25,225 nt of DNA from Chthoniobacteraceae bacterium. GTDB taxonomy: Bacteria > Verrucomicrobiota > Verrucomicrobiia > Chthoniobacterales > Chthoniobacteraceae. The position numbers and the translations under genes were made by a program. The notes beneath the pieces are model-generated. The model ran no database searches, was not told the DNA's origin, and saw only the letters and a list, made by a program, of their open reading frames with translations. Shown here one piece after another: positions 15,263 to 23,241 of this stretch. Position 1 is the stretch's first letter; every line of letters starts with the position of its first letter. Location: contig JANNWY010000163.1 of the NCBI GenBank assembly GCA_031409335.1, positions 1 through 25,225 on the forward strand, read 5' to 3'.

Positions 15263-18200
15263 TCATCGACGTGGCGGCGTCCGGCGGAATCCGAGAAATC
15301 CGAGCGCGCTCAACAGCAGTGCGGCGATGCCCGGCTCCGGCACGGCGGCGAAGGGCGGTGGGGGGGCGATGGCTCCGAGCGTCACCGTTGCGCCGTTCGC
15401 GATATTGAGCGCGGAAAGTGTCTGGCTCGCACCGATGTCCGTGTCGCCCGCGTTCGCATTCAAAATCACGCCGCCCGTCCCGAGTGCGCCGGTGATGTCG
15501 AGATCGCCCGCGTTGTTTTTGTTGATCGTCCCGCTGCCGCTCGCGGTCGCGAGGGTGATGTCATTCAAACCGGTGAGCGCGAGCGTTTGTCCGGCGAGCG
15601 CGACGCTGCTGATCGCGAGATCGCCTGCCGCCGCGTTGAAGCTCTCGCTCTCGCTCAGCGTGATCGCGGCGGTGATCGTCTGCGTTTCCGTGTCGTTGTT
15701 CACGATGCCGCCGTTGCCGATCGTGATGCCTTCCGGGCCGGTGATGGTGAATGCGCCGGCCGTGTTGTCGAAGGTGATCGAGCGCACATTCCACGGCGTA
15801 TCCACACTCGGCGCGAGGCGCACGTTTCCGGCGAAGATGAGGTCGGCGATGGCGTTGTTGAGCGGCTGCACGTCGAGCGTCCAGTTCGCATCCGTGATCC
15901 AATTGTTATTCCCGCCGCCGCCGTCCCAGGTGCGGCTGATGAAGACGGGATCGAGCGCGACTTGGATTTCGCCAGCGGTGTAAAGATTCGCCTGGCTCCA
16001 GAGTAGGCCGGGATTGAGCGCGGGCAGGTTCACCGTGGTGAAAGTCCCGGCCTTGGTGCCGAAGTCGAAAAGGTTGAAAACATTCCCCGCCGCCGGCTGG
16101 AAACCGCTGATGAGCGGGACAGTCAGCCCGCCGTCAAAGGTGAGTTTTCCGGCCACGTTGATCGCGTCGTATTGCGTGCCCCGCGTGGTCCCGCCGAGTT
16201 CCATGAAGACCGTGTTGAACGTCCCATAGACGACATTGCCGCCAAAGGTCACGAGCGCCGGGCTGGCCCCCGGCGCGAGGTCGCCTTCAAAGAAATTCGT
16301 GCCGCCGCCGGGGAACGAACCGGGGCCGGACACCGCGCCGAAATAGACCGCCGTCGAGCCGGTAGTGACTTGCACCGCGCCGTTGTTCACGAGGTCGTCG
16401 TAGAAGGTCGCGTTCGAGTTTCCCGAGACCACGATGCGGCCTGTGACGGCGTTGTTCACGATGTCGCCGAAGACATCGCTCGTGCCGAAGCTGAGCGCGA
16501 GCGAGCCGCTGTTCGCCAGTCCGCCGTTGAAGCGCAGGATCGCGTCGCGTCCGGTGATACGGCCGGTCGAGGCGGCATTCGTCGCCGTCCCCCCCACGCG
16601 GAAAGTCCCGCCGATCGCGTCGATCGCCGAGGCATTCACCAGCGTGCTCTGGAAATGCAAATCGCCGCCTGCGGAGACCTCGAGGCGGCCCGTGCCGCTG
16701 TTGGTGGAGGCACCCGTGACAATCAGCCTCTCACCCGACTCGGTGCGCACCTCGCCGCCGGAATTGTTCGTCAGTTGCTTCGTGATCGTTCCGTCGCCGG
16801 TGATGAGGCCGCTGTTATTCAGCGCACCCGCCCCGAGCAGGCCCGCGCCGGCTTCGAGGGTGATCTGGGCACCGCTGGCATTGGTGAACATGCTCGCAAG
16901 ATAAAGCGTGTCGCTGATGAAAATGCGCCCGCCGCTGTAATTCGTGCCAGCGGTCGCAGTCGCTGTGCCGAGGTTGGCGCGGATCGTTCCAGAGTTGTCC
17001 AGGATGGTGGCGGAAAACAGGCCGCCGTTCAGCGTCAGCGTCGCCCCGCTGGCGACGGTCGCCGTGTTGGTCACTTGCAGCGTGCTGCCCGCGCCGAGCG
17101 TCACGTTCGCGCCGAGCCCACCGGCGCCGAGGGAAAAGGCCGATCCGGTGACCGTGATTACGCCGCTGTGGAATGCGAGCGTGCCGTTGTTCACGAGTGC
17201 GCCGGTAGTCAGCGCGCCTCCATCCAGCGTGAGCACCGCGCCGCTGGCGATCGTCGCGGTATTTGTCACTTGCAGCGTTTTGCCGGTGGCGAGCGTCACC
17301 TGCGCGCCGAGCGCGCCGGTGCCGATATTGAAGCCGCCCGCGCCGGTGATCGCCAGCGTGCCGCTGTTGAAGGCGAGCGCTCCGTTGTTCACCAGCGCAC
17401 CGGTGCTGAGCGTGCCCCCGTTGAGCGTGAGGGTGTGGAAAATTGTCGTCGTGGCGCTGGTCGTGAAGCGCCGGGTGGCGTCGAGCGTCACGTTCGTGCC
17501 GAGCAGGCCGCCGGTGCCTACGGTGAAAGCGTCCACGATGTGTAGCGCGCCGCTCGTGAAGTTGATCGCACCGCCGTTGCGGATCAGCGGGCCGCGCAGA
17601 TCCAAAGTCCCGCCGTCGATATTGGTCGTGGAATTCCTACTGAGCGTCACGCTGCCGGTGCCAGAGGTGAACACCCCGCCATTCTCCACATTCAGAGTCA
17701 CAAAGTTTCCGGCACCGAGGGTGGTAAGGGTCGCGCCGGTCTGGAGCCAAGTCGAACCCGCGCCGTTCACCGTGAGTCGGCCATTTCCTCCTCCGTCGAG
17801 CTCGCCCAGTTGCAGGTTGCCACTGGTGGTCACATCTGCGCCCGTGAGCACCCCAAAAACGTTGTCTTGCCCGGCCACGAGCAAGGCAGCGAAGCTCCCG
17901 GTCGCGCCGTTGGAAAACGTCACGTCCATAGAATTCGACGTGCCCCCGGCGCTCAATGACGAGCCAATGCCATCCACCAACAAGCCGCCTCCATTCATAA
18001 TCAGCCCGCCGCCTGCGCTGACGCTTCCTCCACTCAGCACATTCAGCCTCCCAAAGGTGGGAAGGACGAGATTTCCCCCAGCGAGCGTCTGCATCGTCGA
18101 ACCCGCACCAGTCACGAGGTAGTTTGTTGTAATCCCTAGAGGCGTGTAGTTGCCGGTGACGATGAAATCGCTTCCGCCTTGAATCGTCAGGCTTTTGTCA

Positions 18201-18952
18201 ATCCCGAGAACGACCGCCGCTCCCGCTGCCCGTGTGAGCTGTGCACCGCCGTCGAGGACCATGTCCTCGTTAATGTTCAGCGTGCTGGTGCCATTCACGG
18301 CGAGACTCGCATTGCCATTGAGCACGTCCGTCGAGCCATCCGCCACGGTGTTCAGCGTCCCCGCGCCGATGATGAGGTCGGCCGAGCTGGGGACGGTCGG
18401 TGCCCGCGTCATCGTACCCACTCCGAACTTGGTCACCGAGCCCGTGCCGATGAAGTCTTTGAAACTTGTGCTGCCGACGCCGAGCACTGTCAACGCGCGG
18501 TCGCCGAGATTGACCGACCCGTTGAAGACGAGCGGCCCGCCACCCGACGCGAAGGTGCTCGTGGGCGTGCCGAGGGTCACTGTGTTCTTGAAGGTCTGCG
18601 GATCGTTGTCGTTGTTCACGATGCCCGTCGTGCCAATCGTCAACGTCGAACCGTCAAAGGTGAATGCGCCCGCCGTGTTATTGAAGGTGATGCTCCGGGT
18701 TTGAAAGGGCACGCTGAGATTCGGCAAAAGCCCGGCCCCGCCTGCGAAGATCAGATCCGTGTTCAAGACGTCGCTGACGGGCGCGCTGTTATCCACCCAG
18801 TTCGTGCCGTCGCTGAGGTCGTCGGAGAAGACACTCCCGCCGTCCCAAGTGTCGGTGACGGCGAAGAGCGGGGAGGCGGCGAGGAGCGAGGCGATGCCGA
18901 GGGCGAGGATGCGTGTGGTGTTTTTCATAGAGTGATGGAGTGGCGTTTTCAT
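15263..18952 (-). CDS. Secreted beta-strand repeat protein with PEP-CTERM sorting signal, ~1229 aa (gene D; alternative start 18928)
   Basis: Signal peptide MKNTTRILALGIASLLAASPLFA. VTDTWDGG cap. V.G.GS.(W/L) repeats of the T5SS/PEP-CTERM-associated type. Ends VPEPGIAALLLSALGFLGFRRTPPRR. Confidence 0.9.
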   Translation of the reverse strand: MKTPLHHSMKNTTRILALGIASLLAASPLFAVTDTWDGGSVFSDDLSDGTNWVDNSAPVSDVLNTDLIFAGGAGLLPNLSVPFQTRSITFNNTAGAFTFDGSTLTIGTTGIVNNDNDPQTFKNTVTLGTPTSTFASGGGPLVFNGSVNLGDRALTVLGVGSTSFKDFIGTGSVTKFGVGTMTRAPTVPSSADLIIGAGTLNTVADGSTDVLNGNASLAVNGTSTLNINEDMVLDGGAQLTRAAGAAVVLGIDKSLTIQGGSDFIVTGNYTPLGITTNYLVTGAGSTMQTLAGGNLVLPTFGRLNVLSGGSVSAGGGLIMNGGGLLVDGIGSSLSAGGTSNSMDVTFSNGATGSFAALLVAGQDNVFGVLTGADVTTSGNLQLGELDGGGNGRLTVNGAGSTWLQTGATLTTLGAGNFVTLNVENGGVFTSGTGSVTLSRNSTTNIDGGTLDLRGPLIRNGGAINFTSGALHIVDAFTVGTGGLLGTNVTLDATRRFTTSATTTIFHTLTLNGGTLSTGALVNNGALAFNSGTLAITGAGGFNIGTGALGAQVTLATGKTLQVTNTATIASGAVLTLDGGALTTGALVNNGTLAFHSGVITVTGSAFSLGAGGLGANVTLGAGSTLQVTNTATVASGATLTLNGGLFSATILDNSGTIRANLGTATATAGTNYSGGRIFISDTLYLASMFTNASGAQITLEAGAGLLGAGALNNSGLITGDGTITKQLTNNSGGEVRTESGERLIVTGASTNSGTGRLEVSAGGDLHFQSTLVNASAIDAIGGTFRVGGTATNAASTGRITGRDAILRFNGGLANSGSLALSFGTSDVFGDIVNNAVTGRIVVSGNSNATFYDDLVNNGAVQVTTGSTAVYFGAVSGPGSFPGGGTNFFEGDLAPGASPALVTFGGNVVYGTFNTVFMELGGTTRGTQYDAINVAGKLTFDGGLTVPLISGFQPAAGNVFNLFDFGTKAGTFTTVNLPALNPGLLWSQANLYTAGEIQVALDPVFISRTWDGGGGNNNWITDANWTLDVQPLNNAIADLIFAGNVRLAPSVDTPWNVRSITFDNTAGAFTITGPEGITIGNGGIVNNDTETQTITAAITLSESESFNAAAGDLAISSVALAGQTLALTGLNDITLATASGSGTINKNNAGDLDITGALGTGGVILNANAGDTDIGASQTLSALNIANGATVTLGAIAPPPPFAAVPEPGIAALLLSALGFLGFRRTPPRR

Positions 18953-21900
18953 GGAGTGATTGAGTTGGGTCGGGCGCAGCGGCGGGCTAGCCGCTGCTCT
19001 CTCATGCGAAATTCCGGCGCAGAAAGTATCTCGCCCGAGCCAAATGCTTTTCGGCGGCGCAATCCGAAGAGCGCCAGACCGAGCAGCAGGAGGGAGGCGA
19101 CGCCGGGCTCGGGGACGACGGTGATTTGTCCCGTCGTGGAAAGTGCGGTCGTGTCGAAGCTCAGACCGCCGGGGAGCGTGTCGGCGATGGTGATTTCATC
19201 GAATGCGCCGCTGACCTGGCCGGGATCGAAATCGAGCAGTTGAAACGTGTCGCCGAAGTGCGGGTTGAAACCGTCGATGAGGTCGAGCACCAGCCCGCCA
19301 TCGAGCGCGAGCGAGCCGCTCGCGCCGAGGATGAGCTGATCGTATTCGCTGCCCGCCGTGAGGCCGCCGAGTTCCAGCGTCAGCGTGTTCGCACTGCCGA
19401 AGACGATGTCCGCGCCGAGCGTCACGGCGGCGGGCGAATTGCCCGGCGAGTAGTTGCTTTCAAAATAGATCGTGCCCGTGCCGCTGAAACTGCCCGCGCC
19501 GCGCACTTCGTTGAAGAAGACGATGGCCGAGCCCGCGCTCGCTTTCACATCGAGCCCGCTGTGGCGGAAAATATCGAAGAACGACGCCGTGGCCCCGCCG
19601 CTCACGATGAGCCGCGAGCCGGCCAGCAACTGCACGGTGCCGTAAATCTGCGAGTCGCCGCCGCTGAGATTGATGTTGCCCGAGTTCATCAGGCCCGCGG
19701 TCGGGCTGGCGAGCGAGGGCACGGGCGTCGTCGGAAAATAGAGCGCGCCCTGGCCGTTGATCTGGCCGGTCGCGGAGTTGGTGAACTGCTGCGCGAACTG
19801 CACGGTGCCGCCGAGGAGATTCACGCGACCCGCGTTCGCGCCGTTCGTTCCGGTGAAAGTGAGCGTCTTCCCAAATTCCCCGCGCACTTCGCCTGCGCTC
19901 GCGTTCGTGAACGGGTTCGCGATCGTGCCGCTGCCGGTGACGAGTCCGCTGTTCGTGATCGCGCCCGCACCGAGCACGAGTCCGCTGTTTTCCAGCGTGA
20001 GCGTCGAGCCCGCGGAATTCGTCCACGCGCCGCTCGCGCTGAGCGTGTCGCCGACGAAAATGCGTCCGCCGCTGCTGTTCGTCACCGCGCCGAGGCTGGC
20101 CGTGCCGAGGTTCGCGCGCAGCGTGCCGGTGTTCGCGAGCGCGCCCGCGGCGAACGTGCCGCTGTTGAGGGTGAGCGCCGCGCCGCTCGCGACGGTCGCG
20201 GTGTTCGTCACTTGCAGCGTGCTGCCGATGCCGAGCGTCACATTCGCGCCGAGCGCGCCACTGCCGATCGTGAAGCCGCCCGCGCCCGTCACGGCGAGGG
20301 CGCCGCTGTTGAAAGCGAGCCCGCCATTGTTCACGAGCGCGCCGGTCGAGAGACTGCCGCCATTCAGCGTCAGCGTGCGAAAGGCGTCGATCGTCGTGGT
20401 GCCGCCGATGGTGAGCTGACGGTCGGTCGCGAGCGTGAGACTCGTGCCGAGCAGACCGCCGGTGCCGACGGTCAGATTCACGCCGGTGTTCGTGAAACGC
20501 AGTGCGCCACTCATAAAATTCACCGCGCCGCCGCCGAACGTCACCGGCCCGGCGAAGGTCGCGGTGCCGCCGCCGATATTCAGCGTGCCGGTGGCTCCGA
20601 GCACCACGCTGCCCGTGCCGGAGGTGAAGGCTCCGCCGTCGTTCACCGTCAGTGTGGCCGTGCTCGCGCTGCCCGCGCCGAGCGTGAAAGTGCTTGCGCC
20701 ACCGAGCGTCAGCGTCGAGCCCGGGCCGGTGATCGTGGCCGTGCCGGTGTTGGCGTTCGATGAGTGGGCGATGGTGAAATTTCCCATCGTCACATCCGCG
20801 CCGCTGGCGATGAGCAGCGTGCCCAGGCTGCCCGGGAGCGTCGTCCTGGGCAGACTGACGGCACCGAAATTGCCGGTGGCGTTGTTGCCAAACTCGACGG
20901 CACCCGTCCCACCATTTCCGCCCCAAAAACTCACGCCACTCCCCGTCGTGACATTCGAGCCCGCGCCATCCACGACGAGGACACTCGATGCACCGACGGC
21001 GGTGCCCACGTCGATGAAACCCCCGGTCGTCAGCGTCCCGCCAGCGAGCACCGAAAGACTACTCCCGCCATTCATCACGAAATTCGTCCCAGCTCCGCCA
21101 GTGATTTGCGAACCCAAACCGGTCACGGTCAAGGCATTGCTCGATGTCGTAAAACTGGTGCCGTCGAACGACGCCACGCCGCCATTTTGCACGGCAAAAG
21201 AACGCCCGCTCGCGAGATTGAAAGTCGCGCCCGCGGCCTTCGTGAAATCGCCGCCCGAAATCGTCATGTTCCCATTCGCGCTGAAGGTGCCGCCCGCCAC
21301 ATCCACCGTGGCCGAGGCATTCACGGAAATCGCGCCCGTGCCGCTGGTGAACGCGCCGCCGTTTTGCACCGTGAGCGTCGCCGGCGCGGCCAGCACATTG
21401 GAGCCAAGAGGGAGCGTGGCCCCGCCAAGCATCGTGAGGCCCGAGCCCGCGCCGTCGATCGTCAGCGTCGCAGAATTTCCCGTCGCGGCGCTCCCCGCCA
21501 TCGCGAGCGAGGCGGTCGAAACCGTCGCGCCGGAGAGGATGCTGACATTCGCGCTCGAGCCCGCCGCGGCCGTATTCGCCAGATGCACCAGGCTCAGGCT
21601 GGCGCTCGCGCCATTGGAAAAAGTGACCGTCGCCGCCCCGCCCAGTCCCCAGATGGAAGTCGTCGTCGCCGAGAGCGTCGAGCCCGCGCCATCCACGAGC
21701 ACGGTCCCGTTGCCGGAATTCCCCACATTGAATGCCCCGCCCGCCGACACATCCGCGCCCGCGAGCACATTAAAAATATTGTCGAGCTGGATGCTCAGCG
21801 CGCCGCCCGTCGTCGTCAGCGTCGAGCCCGTGCCGGTGATCGTCACCGTCGAGTCGCTGTTAAAATTCATCGCGCCCGCGATCTGCACATCGCCGCCGTT

Positions 21901-23211
21901 TTGCACCGTCATCGTCTGCCCGCTCGGCACGCCAAACGCGCCCGTCGCATCGCGCGTCAGCAGCCCGTTCACCACGAGACTGCCCGATTGCGTCAGCGTC
22001 CCGCCCGCGATCGCCACCGTGCCGCTGCCCGGCAGCGCCGCGCTCCCGATCGTCAGCGTGCTCGTGGAAAAAAACGCGCCGCTCTGAATGTTCAGCGTCC
22101 CGCTCGTCCCCGCCGTCGCGCCCCCGCCCACCGTCGAGCTGCCAGACACCGAGCCGAGGCTGCCATTGGAAAAAGTCGCGATCCCCGCGCCGCCGACCAA
22201 CCCGATGGCCATCTGCGACACCGCCGCGGCCGAGCCGCCGCCATCCACCGTTAGCGTTCCCGCCGATCCGTCGCCCACATTCAGGCTCGTGGTCGAAAGC
22301 AGCAGGTCTGCGCCCGCCAGCACATTGATCGTGCCGCCGTCGCTCACCGTGCTCGTCGCCGTCGCCGAGAGCGTCGTGCCGCTGCCCGTCAGCGTCACCG
22401 TCGCCGCCGTCTGGAGATTGAACGCGCCCGTCAGCGTCGCGTCCGCGCCGTTTTGCAGCGTCACCGTTTTCCCCGCCGCGATGAAAATATTCGCCCCACT
22501 CGCGCGCGTCAGCGGTGCGGCATCCAGCGTCAGATTTTCGTTGATGTTCAAAGTGCTCGTCCCATTCACCGCGAGACTCGCCGACGGCCCGAAGACATCC
22601 GCCGACCCATCCGTCTGCAACGTCATCGTGCCCGCGTTCACCGCGAAATCCGCCGAGACCGTCGTGGTCGGCGCGAGCACCAGCGTGCCCGTGCCCGATT
22701 TCGTCACCACCGCCGTGCCCGTGAGATTCGCAAAACTCGTCGTGCTCGCGCCATTCACCGCCAGCCCCGCCGTGGGCAACGTCACCGTATTCGTGAAAAC
22801 GAGCTGGCCGCTCGCCGCCGTGATCGTCGAATTCGCGACACCGCCGAAGTTCACGAGATTCGTGATCGTCTGCGTCTGCGTGTCATTATTCAGAAGACCC
22901 GTCGCGCCGACATTGAGCTGCGCCCCGCCGAGGGTGAACGCGCCCGCCGTATTATTGAAAACGACCGAGTCGGTGCTGAGCGCCACGGTGAAAACCGGCG
23001 CGAGTTTCGTGAGCCCCGCGAAGACGAGATCGGTGTTCACGAGATCGCTGAGCGGCGCGGTGTCGTCGGCCCAGTTCAGGCCGGTCGAGACATTGCTGTC
23101 GCCCGCGCCGGCGTTGGGCAGGTTGCCATCCCAAGTGTCGGTGACGCCGAAAGCGGCGGAGGCGAACAGCAGCGAAGCGATGGTGGCGGTGAGGATGTGT
23201 GGTGTGCTCAT
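18949..23211 (-). CDS. Secreted beta-strand repeat protein with PEP-CTERM sorting signal, 1420 aa (gene E)
   Basis: Signal peptide MSTPHILTATIASLLFASAAFG. VTDTWDG cap. Many (V/I)DGAGS and ITG.GS repeats. VPEPGVASLLLLGLALFGLRRRK followed by an extended tail. The stop overlaps the next start (ATGA). Confidence 0.9.
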   Translation of the reverse strand: MSTPHILTATIASLLFASAAFGVTDTWDGNLPNAGAGDSNVSTGLNWADDTAPLSDLVNTDLVFAGLTKLAPVFTVALSTDSVVFNNTAGAFTLGGAQLNVGATGLLNNDTQTQTITNLVNFGGVANSTITAASGQLVFTNTVTLPTAGLAVNGASTTSFANLTGTAVVTKSGTGTLVLAPTTTVSADFAVNAGTMTLQTDGSADVFGPSASLAVNGTSTLNINENLTLDAAPLTRASGANIFIAAGKTVTLQNGADATLTGAFNLQTAATVTLTGSGTTLSATATSTVSDGGTINVLAGADLLLSTTSLNVGDGSAGTLTVDGGGSAAAVSQMAIGLVGGAGIATFSNGSLGSVSGSSTVGGGATAGTSGTLNIQSGAFFSTSTLTIGSAALPGSGTVAIAGGTLTQSGSLVVNGLLTRDATGAFGVPSGQTMTVQNGGDVQIAGAMNFNSDSTVTITGTGSTLTTTGGALSIQLDNIFNVLAGADVSAGGAFNVGNSGNGTVLVDGAGSTLSATTTSIWGLGGAATVTFSNGASASLSLVHLANTAAAGSSANVSILSGATVSTASLAMAGSAATGNSATLTIDGAGSGLTMLGGATLPLGSNVLAAPATLTVQNGGAFTSGTGAISVNASATVDVAGGTFSANGNMTISGGDFTKAAGATFNLASGRSFAVQNGGVASFDGTSFTTSSNALTVTGLGSQITGGAGTNFVMNGGSSLSVLAGGTLTTGGFIDVGTAVGASSVLVVDGAGSNVTTGSGVSFWGGNGGTGAVEFGNNATGNFGAVSLPRTTLPGSLGTLLIASGADVTMGNFTIAHSSNANTGTATITGPGSTLTLGGASTFTLGAGSASTATLTVNDGGAFTSGTGSVVLGATGTLNIGGGTATFAGPVTFGGGAVNFMSGALRFTNTGVNLTVGTGGLLGTSLTLATDRQLTIGGTTTIDAFRTLTLNGGSLSTGALVNNGGLAFNSGALAVTGAGGFTIGSGALGANVTLGIGSTLQVTNTATVASGAALTLNSGTFAAGALANTGTLRANLGTASLGAVTNSSGGRIFVGDTLSASGAWTNSAGSTLTLENSGLVLGAGAITNSGLVTGSGTIANPFTNASAGEVRGEFGKTLTFTGTNGANAGRVNLLGGTVQFAQQFTNSATGQINGQGALYFPTTPVPSLASPTAGLMNSGNINLSGGDSQIYGTVQLLAGSRLIVSGGATASFFDIFRHSGLDVKASAGSAIVFFNEVRGAGSFSGTGTIYFESNYSPGNSPAAVTLGADIVFGSANTLTLELGGLTAGSEYDQLILGASGSLALDGGLVLDLIDGFNPHFGDTFQLLDFDPGQVSGAFDEITIADTLPGGLSFDTTALSTTGQITVVPEPGVASLLLLGLALFGLRRRKAFGSGEILSAPEFRMREQRLARRCARPNSITP

Positions 23212-23241
23212 GGCGGGAGGTTTCTGGTTTCTGGTTTAAGG

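Noticed and set aside
23218..23237. Short 7-bp tandem (ggtttct) upstream of gene E as a phase-variation tract
   Set aside because: Only ~2.5 copies, too short to support slippage-based switching.
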